From: Centroscyllium fabricii
Lineage: Eukaryota
Length of the DNA: 64,000 bases
Assembly (NCBI GenBank): GCA_051313645.2
Contig: JBNRSN020000295.1
Coordinates: 124,001 to 188,000, forward strand
Direction: 5' to 3'
Shown here: positions 48,501-59,039 of the stretch, piece by piece
Layout: each line of letters opens with the position of its first letter
Position numbering within the stretch: the first letter of the stretch is position 1
Program-made: the position numbers and the translations under genes
Notes under the pieces: generated by a model
Database searches by the model: none
What the model saw: only the letters and a program-made list of their open reading frames with translations
What the model was told of the DNA's origin: nothing

Positions 48501-50310
48501 CCCAACCACCAACACTGTCCAGACCGCGGTCGACTACGTCAAAATGGCGGCCGACCAACTCAGCGATCCCGACCTCCTCGACCCCACCAACAAACTTCCC
48601 GGCCTACTCTTGGCCACCGTAGCACACGGACCCACAGCCACCGCGGTCCGCTGCGACGTCACCCTGCCCCAACCCAGGCCCGTGGTGCCCCCCGCGTGGA
48701 GGCAGCACATCTTCCAGACCCTCCACGGCCTCTCCCACCCCGGCGTCCGCGCATCCACCAAGCTCATCTCTGCGCGATTCGTTTGGCGCGGCCTAAAACA
48801 AGATGTCCGCGCCTGGACCACCTCGTGCAATGCCTGCCAGCGAGCCAAGGTGCACAAACACATCAAAGCACCGCTCCAACCAATCGCCATCCCAGCCAGA
48901 CGCTTCAGCCACGTGCACATCGACCTGGTTGGACCACTACCCCCATCACGTGGACACTCGTACCTCCTCACAATGGTCGACCGCACCACCCGCTGGCCTG
49001 AAGCGGTCCCCCTCAACACGACCACCACCGTCGAACTGGCCAGGGCCTTCATCGCCACCTGGGTCGCCCGCTTCGGCGTCCCCAACGACATTACTTCAGA
49101 CAGGGGCCCCCAATTCACTTCAACTCTATGGTCAACCATCGCTCACGACCTTGGGGTAACCCTGCACCGAACCACTGCCTACCACCCGCAAGCCAACGGC
49201 CTCTGCGAACGGTTCCACCGAACTTTTAAAACATCCCTGCGGGCCAGCCTCCAGGACGCAACCTGGACGGACCGCCTGCCCTGGGTAATGCTCGGCCTCC
49301 GCACAGCGGCCAAAGAAGATCTACACGCCTCGGCAGCCGAACTCGTTTACGGCCAACCACTAACCGTACCAGGCGAGTTCGTCGCAGAAACAAACGAACC
49401 CTGGTCGGCCGAGCGCTGCCTCAGGGAATTCAACAACCAGGCAGCAGAATTCAAACCACTTCCGGTGGCCCGCCACGGTCAACCGGCGACACGCGTCCCC
49501 AACACCATTCAGGACGCCAAGTACGTGTTTGTCCGCCATGACTCTCACAAAACACCGCTGCAGGCACCGTACGACGGGCCATTCAGAGTGCTTCGGGCGG
49601 GACCCAAGACTTTTGACATTCAAATGGGCAACAGAACTGAGACCGTATCCATTGACCGGCTCAAACCAGCACACGTAATGGCGGGCGAGACAACAGTCCC
49701 CGCACAACCACCTAAACGCGGCCGCCCTACCGCACCAAAACCCGCCCACACTCCCACACAGACCAACAAGCAACACATCACACGTGCCGGCCATACCATC
49801 AGGCCACCTAAGCGCCTCGCCTGAGGCGACACGGGCAGAGCATTGACGGCCCGCCACAACACCATCTTTCGAACCACGGAACAGCACACACCACCTGCCG
49901 GCCACAACACCAGGCCATTGCGGCAAACTGTCGGACATTCTGTGTGTAATCGAAATGTGTGTCTGCTCTCTTTTGTGTCTCCCTCTCCTCTAGGAAACTA
50001 CACTTCCCCTCGCGGATTCTGGGGGGGAGCTGTGTGGCGACACGCCCACCGGCAGCCACGAACCCGCGCTGGGAAGGCTGCAAAGCGGCCCCGCCCGTCG
50101 GAGGACGCACGGACTTCCCCGACGTGATGACGTCACCAGGTGGCCAGCCGGCAGTGACGTCCCCAGCGGCGGGACCTTTAAATACCTGAGCACCAGGTGG
50201 CTCAGTCTCTTTTTCCCTCTCTGGCCCTAGCTGTAACAAGTAGTTAATAAAAACTCTGCTTTTAACCCCTCTGTGTCCAGCGTGGTCCTTCAGCCTTGCA
50301 GACCTCAACA
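45503..50310 (+). mobile_element. Complete Ty3/Gypsy LTR retrotransposon, CsRn1-like clade
   Basis: Identical 278-bp LTRs (45503-45780, 50033-50310), TSD ATCT, PBS TGGTGACCCCGA (tRNA-Trp) at 45782, G-rich PPT before 50033. Confidence 0.97.
45877..49824 (+). CDS. Single Gag-PR-RT-RNaseH-IN polyprotein, 1315 aa
   Basis: CHCC Gag motif CYYHTRFEAKAQRCVPPC, DTGA protease, YLDD RT, TDASD RNase H, HHCC/DDE integrase, APY (GPY/F-type) module. Confidence 0.96.
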   Translation: MPAANDSARQGRRGQVYLPVPTIPQFWELRPAAWFRNTENTFRIHGVHADDRYSLLFAALAQSTIDRMWDTIEEDTSAGRYESLKAALLAKFTPTIFERDCQVINLPDLGDADPTDLWAQFEALNRDSDTLKRALYLLKLPPSIRPTLTVLEHLSNRQLAQEADKLIKAERTHATMHRHAAAQQEQHQPQPRPQLRAARTHKKPRTAATGWCYYHTRFEAKAQRCVPPCNFKPQTCPSPTLCVGRSGALLFVTDSVSGLRFLCDTGAQHSIVPASPAESKQGTQGPPLEAANGSEILTFGTRQLTIKLAGHRYTWDFITAQVNTPLLGADFLCAHGLLVDVTRRRLVDIQIMSTIPCSTAPAHQTHAAAHCRARNSDTYATLLAEFPTLTNPTFTARSAKHGVEHHITTTGPPVHAHARRLDPAKLEIARAEFHIMEQLGIIRRSSSPWASPLHIAPKPDGGWRPCGDYRRLNNATTPDRYPVPHIQDFSVRLAGCTVFSKIDLVRGYHQVPVHPADVPKTAVITPFGLFEFLRMPFGLKNAAQAFQRLMDSVLRDLQFTFVYLDDILVASASPREHLIHLRTLFKRLADHGLILSPSKCRFGLEAIDFLGHHISHTGAIPLPSKVQAVQEFPRPHSIKGLQEFLGMVNFYNRFIPGAAALMAPLYQATHGQSNKTAVEWTAEAATAFTATKTALAKATLLSHPRPNARVALTTDASDHAVGAVFEQWSGDSWQPLAFFSRRLRPPEVKYSAFDRELLALYLAVRHFRFLLEGRHFTAFVDHKPLVSAMAKLSEPWSARQQRQLAAVSEFTTDIQHIAGRDNVVADCLSRPAIHKPNPDHPAGPAISSAGTTGTQTADHPPTPATNRACAHCCAFPTTNTVQTAVDYVKMAADQLSDPDLLDPTNKLPGLLLATVAHGPTATAVRCDVTLPQPRPVVPPAWRQHIFQTLHGLSHPGVRASTKLISARFVWRGLKQDVRAWTTSCNACQRAKVHKHIKAPLQPIAIPARRFSHVHIDLVGPLPPSRGHSYLLTMVDRTTRWPEAVPLNTTTTVELARAFIATWVARFGVPNDITSDRGPQFTSTLWSTIAHDLGVTLHRTTAYHPQANGLCERFHRTFKTSLRASLQDATWTDRLPWVMLGLRTAAKEDLHASAAELVYGQPLTVPGEFVAETNEPWSAERCLREFNNQAAEFKPLPVARHGQPATRVPNTIQDAKYVFVRHDSHKTPLQAPYDGPFRVLRAGPKTFDIQMGNRTETVSIDRLKPAHVMAGETTVPAQPPKRGRPTAPKPAHTPTQTNKQHITRAGHTIRPPKRLA

Positions 50311-50426
50311 ATCTAATAGATTATGATCCGGGTCTATGTCTTGTTCAAAATCCAGCATTTGCAGTGTTGTCTGAGAATGATGGACACAATACTTGAGAAT
50401 ACCCCCGATGTACACAGCACAGACTT

Positions 50427-51131
50427 CTAGTCTCTATCAAACCTCTCAAGTTGGTCTATGCTCCTGATACACAGCCCCTTGGCGTTCTCTGGTGCACCCT
50501 TTGGTTTGATGAAAACCTTGCAGCTGACAGTCCAAGTGGATTGAATCTTGCCCTGCTTCCTAAGTAGTCTCGCTTTCTTAGCAATATCTGCATTGATCTT
50601 GGTGAGGTGCTCATTAATATAAACATTTGAGCCTTTCAGATTCCTCCCCTGCCTGAGTAGCTCAACTTTATGCTTCCTGTTGGCAAAACGAATGATTATG
50701 GCAGGTATGGTAGGCTTGTCCTTCATAGCCCTAGCTGACAATGTGTGACAGGCCTCAATATTTTCTTTGTCAATAGCAATGTTTTTGCCCTTAAGGAATG
50801 CAGTTACCTGCTCCTCCGTTGTCTCCTCATGTTCAGTACCGTTCTCATATCTGGTGCCTTTCACAGCCTGAAGGTAATTCCGTGGTTTGATCACTAGCCC
50901 TGAAATTATGACATCGTTCATCCGAGAGTACTGCTCCAGGTCAGACACTCGGTTTTCCAGATAGATGATTTTCTTCTCTTGTTCCACGTTCTTCCATTTG
51001 AGCTGCTTGATTTCTCCCAACAGTTCAGTTATGATGGAGTTCTGCTTCGTCAAATTCGCCATTTCACTAGTCATCATGTTCATTGACTCTTTTAACTCCT
51101 CCATATCTTTCTGAAGAGCTTTCATAGTCAT
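50427..51131 (-). CDS. LINE ORF1 (coiled coil, RRM and CTD type), 234 aa or slightly longer
   Basis: LEQYSRMNDVIISG, IEACH, IIIRFANR, VYINEHLT and TWT motifs. Confidence 0.88.
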   Translation of the reverse strand: MTMKALQKDMEELKESMNMMTSEMANLTKQNSIITELLGEIKQLKWKNVEQEKKIIYLENRVSDLEQYSRMNDVIISGLVIKPRNYLQAVKGTRYENGTEHEETTEEQVTAFLKGKNIAIDKENIEACHTLSARAMKDKPTIPAIIIRFANRKHKVELLRQGRNLKGSNVYINEHLTKINADIAKKARLLRKQGKIQSTWTVSCKVFIKPKGAPENAKGLCIRSIDQLERFDRD

Positions 51132-51359
51132 GTTGGTCTTTGATAGTCGGCCCGCAACAGCTCAGTTAAGCGCAGACAGATTTGCTGCTAAGGAATGTTC
51201 ACTATTAATATAGCTTAAGCTTATCCTGATGGTAGCAGTGCTGATTTGTGGGATCCCCTCTAATACTTTGAGTCTGAACCCTGTCCCCCTGTTAACAGAA
51301 GCTCTGACTTTGTCTCACTGCTGTTGTGTGATCAGGGTGCTAGTTATAAAACAATTAGT

Positions 51360-52614
51360 ATGTTCTTTGAGGAAGTAACTCGGAAAATAGATGGGGGAGA
51401 GCCAGTAGATGTGGTGTACCTTGACTTCCACAAAGCCTTCGATAAAGTTCCACATAAAAGATTAGCATGTAAAATTAAGGCTCATGGGATTGGGGGCAAA
51501 GTTTTGATGTGGATAGAGAACTGGTTGGCAGATAGAAAACAGAGAGTTGGAATTAACGGCTCGTTTTCTGAGTGGCAGCCGGTGACTAGTGGGGTACCGC
51601 AGGGGTCTGTCCTGGGACCCCAGCTGTTTACAATATATATTAATGATCTGGATCAGGGAATTGAATGTAATATCTCCAAATTCGCGGATGACACCAAACT
51701 AGGAGGGGGGGGCGGGCTCTGAAGAGGGTGTCAGGAAGTTACAGGGCGATTTGGAAAAGTTGGGGGACTGGGCAGATAGATGGCAGATGCACTATAATGT
51801 GGATAAATGTGAGGTTATCCACTTTGGGAGCAAAAACAGGAGGGTAGATTATTACTTAAATGGCAATAGATTGGGAGATGGGGAGGTGCAAAGAGACCTG
51901 GGTGTTCTTGTGCACCAGTCGCTGAAGGCGAGCACGCAGGTGCAGCAGGCGGTTAGGAAGGCAAATGGTGTGTTGGCCTTCATATCAAGAGGGTTTGAGT
52001 ATAGGAATAAGGATACCTTACTACAGCTGTACAAGGCACTGGTGAGACCACACCTCGAGTTTTGTGTACAGTTCTGGTCGCCTCGCCTGAGGAAGGATGT
52101 TCTTGCCATGGAAGGAGTGCAGCGGCGTTTCACCAGGCTGATTCCTGGAATGGCAGGAATGACCTACGAGGAGAGATTATGTAGTCTGGGCTTGTACTCG
52201 TTGGAATTTAGAAGATTGAGAGGCGATCTCATTGAGACGTATAAAATTCTGAAAGGTCTGGACAGGTTAGATTCAGAGAGAATGTTTCCAATGGCGGGGG
52301 AGTCCAGAACCAGGGGCCACGGTCTAAGAATAAGGGGTAAGCCATTTAGGACAGACATGAGGAAGAATTTCTTCACCCAGAGAGTGGTGGGCCTGTGGAA
52401 TTCCTTGCCACAGAGGGCGGTGGAGGCCAGTTCATTAAACATATTCAAGAGGGAATTGGATATATTTCTTCAAGCTAAAGGGATTAAAGGTTACGGAGAA
52501 AAGGCGGGGACGGGGTACTAGCTTGCTAAAGATCAGCCATGATCTCATTGAATGGTGGAGCAGGCTCGAAGGGCTGAATGGCCTACTCCTGCTCCTATCT
52601 TCTATGATTCTATG
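51360..52614 (+). mobile_element. CR1 LINE 3' fragment, frameshifted at a G run
   Basis: ORFs 51324-51722 and 51751-52521; TTCTATGA tail. Confidence 0.92.
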
Positions 52615-52918
52615 AAAACTGTTGGACTATAACCTGGTGTTGTGTGACTTCTTACATTTGTCCACCCCAGTTCAACGCCGGCACCTCCACATCGTGTTCA
52701 GAAGAATGAGAGGTGATCTCATTGAAACAGATAAGATTTTGAGGGGGACTGTCAGGGTAGATGCTGAGAGGTTGTTTCCTCCTGGCTGGAGTGTCTAGAA
52801 CTAGCGGGAATAGTCTCAGGATAAGGGGTCGGCCTTTTAAGACCGAGATGAGGAGCAATTTCGGCACTGTGAATCTTTGGAATTCTCAGCCCCAAAGGGC
52901 TGTGGGTGCTGAGTCATT

Positions 52919-53693
52919 GGGGGGGATTTTCATGTCCCCGTGAGGCGGGGTTTTTGGCGGCCCGGCCGGCAAAATAGCGGAACCGGCAGATCCCGCCCCC
53001 TCTCCCCGCCGCTTTCTCATTTTCCCCCGCCCAGATTCCCCGCCCGAAACCTTCCTGCCGCCGGCCGGCGGGGATGGGTTGTCACCTCGTTAAGGGCCCT
53101 TAATTGGCATCTTTAATGTCATTTTAAGGGCCCTCAGCCATTTTGCACTGTTTCCTGCCCTAATCCCGTCAGCTTAAACCCCGCTAGGTGAAACCCAGTG
53201 GGAGCACAGCGCTGGTTACTACTTTCTCCTTCAAGGTGTGAAGGACATGCTGCCAAATGCTTGGCATGTCTCCAGCACCTTAGAGGAGTAAGTAACTCCG
53301 CTGTGGCTGCAGGAGCTGTGAGCAGAGACTGAGAAAACTCAGCTCTGAACATCTCCTCACAGCCGCTGCGAGCTGTCAAGAATTCTGAGCCCGCCCGCCC
53401 ACCTGTCAGTCACCAGCACTTGACTGTTCCCATTGGTTCCACTCGACTGTGATGTCACAGTGGAGTGTTTCCATGGGGACTGTCAACAACCAGTGCCGGA
53501 ACTGTCAAACTCCTCGCAGCCCTGATGCAGCCCGACTCGATTGACCTAATTACCTCCCACTGCCGCCGGCGTGGATTTAACAACCTCATTCAACTAAAAT
53601 TGCGTGGCCTTCCCAGCTGTTTGGGCGGGCGGGGCCGGAGGCGGCCCAGACCAATCCCCGCCAGGTTCCCGCCCTTCCGGCGAAATCCCCCCC
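52919..53693. mobile_element. Harbinger-type MITE in a CR1 3' fragment
   Basis: TIR GGGGGGGATTT / AAATCCCCCCC; 3-bp TSD ATT. Confidence 0.82.
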
Positions 53694-54069
53694 ATTGAGT
53701 GCATTCAAGGCTGAGATCGATAGATTTTTGGACTCTCGGGGAATCAAGGGATATGGGGATAGTGCAGGAAAGTGGAGATGAGGTCGAAGATCAGCCATGA
53801 TCTTATTGAATGGCGGAGCAGGCTCGAGGGGCCGAATGGCCGACACTTTCTCCAAATTCTTATGACCTGTGGTGCCCATCAGTCACACAAGTTGCAACAA
53901 GTGGAAGGCCGTGGGCTACTATCCCTGATCTTTCTGTGTTGAGGTCGAAGGGTACTTGTATAATAGGGTTGATACAATCAGCTTAACAGAGGTTAGAAAT
54001 AAAAGTGGGGGCAAGAGTTTCATGCAGTGGGCTTTAAAATATTTGGATGAGGTGAGAACAGGAGAGATT

Positions 54070-55540
54070 ATAAGAACATAAGAAATAGGAGCAGGAGTCG
54101 GCCAATCGGCCCCTCGAGCCTGCTCCGCCATTCAACAAGATCATGGCTGATCTGATCCTAACCTCAAATCTGCTTTCACTCTCCATCCCGCCCGAACCCA
54201 TGTGATGTCCTGGGAGAGGTGAAAAACCAGACAAAAACCCATTGGCCAATTTGGGAGAAAAAAATCTGGGAAATTCCTCTCCGACCCATCTAGGCAATCG
54301 AAACTTGTCCAGGAGGTCACATGGCCGATCTGAACCTAGCCTCACGTCCATTTACCTGCCCGCTCACTGTAACCTTTAATTCCCTTTACTTTCCATAAAC
54401 CGTCAATCTCGGTTTTAAATTTATTCAAAGTAGTAGCTTCCACAGCTCTCTAGGGCAGCGGTCTCCAACCGCCGGTCCGCGGACCGACATCGGGCCGCGG
54501 GACAGTTTTACCGGTCCGCTAATGGTTCTGAGAATCCGCGCTTGCGCCTAATCAACGACCTTGCCGTGTACCGTCTGCTAATGATCGGCGCATGCGCCAC
54601 CTCACAGACCCAGCCGTGGCCCGCTGGCAATTGAAAGATTTGCAGCGGAAGGGTCTGTGAATCGGCGAATGCGCGGAATCTTGGAACCATCCTTCGATGT
54701 TAGACGAGGCAGCAGCCCAGCCGGACAGTCTAATTACCCCGCCAGCCATGAAAATCTCCGGCAGTAACCCCCCCCCCCCTGCTGAGACTGAAATTAGCCG
54801 TCACACCCTCCCCCCGCCTGATGCTAAAAAGCGGCGTCCCCCCACCCCCCCCGCTGAGGCAAGAAATCTCCGTCAGCCCCCCCCCCCCCGCTGAGGCTAA
54901 AAATCTCCGTCAGCAACCCCCCCTCACCCGCTGAGGCTAAAAATCTTCCTCAGAACCCCCCCCAACGGTCTGGGAAGAAATTGACAACCCCAAAACGGGC
55001 CGCGAACGCAAAAAGGTTCGGGACCCCTGCTCTAGGGCAGCAAATTCCACAGACCTACCACCCTCTGAGTGAAGAAGTTTCTCCTCATCTCAGTTGTTGA
55101 AAGGGCAGCCCCTTATTCTTAGATTATGTCCCCTAGTTCTAGTCTCACCCATCAGTGGAATCATCCTCACCGCATCCACCCGATCAAGCCCCTTCACAAT
55201 CTTATATGTTTCGATAAGATCGCCTCCCACTCTTCTGAACTCCAATGAGTAGAGGCCCAACCTACTCAACCTTTCCTCATAAGTCAACCCCCTCATCTCC
55301 GGAATCAACCGAGTGAATCTTCTCTGAACTACCTTGAGAGCAAGCACATCCCTTCTCAAATATGGAAACCAAAACCGCACGCAGCACTCCAGATGTGGCC
55401 TCACCAACACCCCGTATAACTAGCAGAACCTCCTCGCTTTTATACTCCAGCCCCCTTGCGATAAAGGCCAAGATTCCATTGGCCTTCCGGATCACCTGCT
55501 GTACCTGTATACTAACCTTCTGTGTTTCATGCACCAGGAC
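54070..55540 (-). mobile_element. CR1 fragment with long structured 3' UTR
   Basis: CR1 peptides 55090-55534; the UTR module is homologous to 63077-63195. Confidence 0.85.
54456..55029. mobile_element. hAT (Charlie-type) MITE
   Basis: TIR CAGCGGTCTCCAACC / GGTTCGGGACCCCTG; 8-bp TSD CTCTAGGG. Confidence 0.85.
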
Positions 55541-56369
55541 CCACAGAAGGGATTATGCATTACCAGGAATCAAAACGACGATATAACTTGGGATATAGGA
55601 AGGATAAAGCAATGGTCTATCAGACAGTGAGCACGCTAAAGGTCTCAGTGCCTCTGAGTCAGAGGTTGTACGTTCAAGTCCCACTCCACAGCTCCATAAT
55701 CGAGGCTGATACTTCGGTGCAGTACTGAGGGAGTGCTGCACTGTCGGAGGCGCCGTCTTTTGGATGAGACATTAAACCAAGGTCCTCATGTTCATATAAA
55801 AGATCCCGTGGCACTATTCAAAGAAGGACTTGTTCTGGACAATAGTTATCCCTCAACCAACATCACCAAAACAGATTATCAGGTCATGTATTGCTTTGCT
55901 GTTTGTGGAAGCTTGCTGTGCACAATTTGGCTGCCTCAGTTTCCGATGTTACAACAGTGACCACAACTTAAAAGTACTTCATTAGCTGTAAATCACTTTG
56001 AGACGTCCTGAGGTCGTAAAAGGTGCTAGATAAATGGAGGTTTTAAATGGATTTAATTAGGGAAGAAATGGGGATTATACCAAACATGATTGGATCAACA
56101 TTTGGAAAGCCATAAATGTGGAGAAATTGTTTGCGTTGGATCCAGGAAGAGAGTTGAAGAAACTGATTAAATCCTAAGGAGTGTTAAATGGAACTTAAGA
56201 CATTACTACTTCACACAGGAGTTGTTAACTTAGCTCCAAGGAGTAACAATTAACACTCGGCTGTGCCGACTAACTTCTCTTACACACACACTGACTGTTA
56301 GATCAGGGGCATCACAACCCCAGTCAGGGGAGGACTGACTGTGTGGGATAGTGGGAGATTTCCCGAGTG

Positions 56370-57386
56370 CCATAGAATCATAGAGTTTTACAGCACAGAA
56401 AGAGGCCCTTCGGCCCATCGCGTCCACGCCAGCCATCAAGCCCCGGCTACGGGACGGCACGGTGGCGCAGTGGTTAGCACTGCTGCCTCGCAATAAGGAG
56501 CTCCTGGGTTCGAATCCGGCTTGGCCCGGGACCCCTCTGCGTGGAGTTTGCATGTTCTCCCCGTGTTCGTGTGGGTTTCCTCCGGGTACTCCGGTTTCCT
56601 CCCACCACCCAAAGACATGCAGGTTAGGTAAATTGGAGATACTAAAAATTGCCCATGAGTATGTGTGAGATATAGTTCTTAGAGTTGGGGGTGTCGGGCG
56701 ATATGGGGAGAGGGTAGGGGGGGGGGGGTGCTGGGTTTGGATGATCAGCCATGATCTCATCAAAATGGCGGAGCAGGCTCGAAGGGCTGAATGGCCTACT
56801 CCTGCTCCTATCGTCTGTGTGTATTCTAATCCCATTTTCCTGCATTTGGTCCGTAGCCTTGTATGCTGTGGCATCTCAAGTGCTCATCTAAATACTTCTT
56901 GAATGTTGTGAGGGTTCCTGCCTCTACCACCCTCTCAGGCAGCGAGTTCCAGACTCCAAACACCCTCTAGGTGAATAAGTTCTTCCTCAAATCCCCTCTA
57001 AACCTCCTGCCCCTTACCTTGAAACTATGCCCCCTGGTTATTCACCCTTCTACTAAGGGAAAAAGTTCCTTTCCATCTACCCTATCTACACCCCTCATAA
57101 TTTTGTACACCTCAATCAGGTCCCCCCTCAGCCTGCTCTGCTTCAAGGAAAACAACCCCAGCCTGTCCAGCCTTTCTACATAGCTGAAGCGCTCCAGCCC
57201 AGGTAACATCCTGGTGAATCTCCTCTGCAGCCTCTCCAAAGCAATCACATCCTTCCTATAGTGCGGCGACCAGAACTGCACACAGTATTCCAGCTGTGGC
57301 CGTACCAGCGTTTTGTACAGCTCCATCATAACCTCCCTGCTCTTATATTCAGCGCCTCAGCTAATGAAGGCAAGTATCCCATATGC
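56370..57386 (-). mobile_element. CR1 3' fragment with nested V-SINE
   Basis: CR1 peptide 57042-57329. Confidence 0.85.
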
Positions 57387-57584
57387 CCCCGTGAATGGTT
57401 CGATCGCGCTGTGTTACCAGCGCCCCTCCTTTTTCCGTGGGATTCCCGCGCCCATTCGGGAGAGCCTACCTGCAGTCGGGAGGAGGTGCAGTCATCACCA
57501 GGGCATCTCATGTGCACCTCCTCCAGCTGTTTGTGAGCTGCACTGCCCCTCGTGCATCTCCACACAGATGGAAAACGGTGACCG

Positions 57585-58701
57585 GAGTGGACAAAGTCAA
57601 CATGGATTTACAAAAGGTAAATCGTGCTTGACTAATCTAATGGAATTTTTTGAGGATGTAACTGGTAAAATAGATGAGAGAACCAGTGGATGTGGTGTAT
57701 TTGGACTTTCAAAAGGCTTTCGATAAGGTCCCGCATAAGAGATTAGCGTGCAAAGTTAAGGCACATGGGATTGGGGGCAAGGTATTGACTGGATAGAGAA
57801 CTGGTTGGCAGACAGGAAGCAAAGAGTTGGAATTAATGGGTCTTTTTCCGAGTGGCAGGCAGTGACTAGTGGGGTACCGCAGGGATCGGTCCTAGGACCC
57901 CAGCTATTCACAATATATATATTTTTGTGTATATTACAATGCTTTGGCAACAACGGTTGATACCATTCATGCCAATAAAGCTATTTGAATTTGAATTATT
58001 AATGATCTAGACGAGGGAACTAGATGTAATATCTCCAGGTTTGCAGACGACACAAAGCTGGGAGGGTGTGTGTGCTGCGAGGAGGATGCCGAGAAACTCC
58101 AGTATGATTTGGACAGGTTGGGTGATTGGGCAGATGCATGGCAGATGCAGTATAATGTGGATAAATGCGAGGTTATCCACTTTGGTGGCAAAAACAGGAA
58201 GGCAGATTATTATCTGAACGGCAATAGATTGGGAGAAGGGGAAGTGCAACGAGACCTGGGTGTTCTTGTGCACCAGTCGCTGAAGGTAAGCATGCAGGTG
58301 CAGCAGGCGGTTAAGAAGGAAAATGGTATGTTGGCCTTCATAGCGAGAGGGGTTGAGTTCAGGAACAAGGATGTCTTGCTGCAGTTGTACAGGGCCTTGG
58401 TGAGACCACATCTTGAGTATTGTGTCCAGTTTTGGTCACCTTATCTGAGGAAGGATGTTCTTGCCATGGAGGGAGTGCAGAGAAGATTCATCAGACTGAT
58501 ACCTGGGATGGCAGGAATGACGTATGAGGAGAGATTGGGTCGATTGGGCTTATACTCGCTGGAGTTTAGAAGAATGAGAGGGGATCTCATCGAAACTTAG
58601 AAAATTTTAACAGGACTAGACAGATATAGATGCAGGAAGGATGTTCCCAATGGCAGGGGAGTCCAGAACCAGGGGTCACAGTCTAAGGATAAGGGGTAAG
58701 C
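57585..58701 (+). mobile_element. Degenerate CR1 RT fragment; host of the second Gypsy element
   Basis: QSQHGFTKGKSCLTNL and peptide 58070-58600; cut at GGGGTAAGC|TGTGG. Confidence 0.88.
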
Positions 58702-59039
58702 TGTGGCGGCACGCCCACTGGGACATCGAATCCGCCACGGGAACTCCGTGGAGCAAAGCCCCGCTCATCCGGGTGACGCGACGACATCACCACGTCGGCC
58801 GACGCAATGACGTCACCAACCGCGGGACTGTTTAAATATGCCTGTTGCGAGTGGTTCACTCTCTTTCTTGTTTAGTTCTTGTAGATTAAAGTTGTGTTTT
58901 CTCTAGCTCTGGCTCACGTGTGGTTCCTAGGCCCTGCTGGCGCTACAGTGGTGACCCCGAATTGGAACGACTTCCAAAGAAGAAAAGCTGCCGCAGGATC
59001 TGGGACCACCAGCCAAAGAACTTTTTAAATAGATAAAAC

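Larger units (their letters stand above)
42246..51330 (-). mobile_element. Full-length two-ORF LINE (Crack/Daphne/L2 group), interrupted by a Gypsy element
   Basis: ORF1, ORF2 (APE-RT), 3' UTR with AATAAA and (ATCAA)n tail at 42246-42270. The 5' boundary is approximate. Confidence 0.9.
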
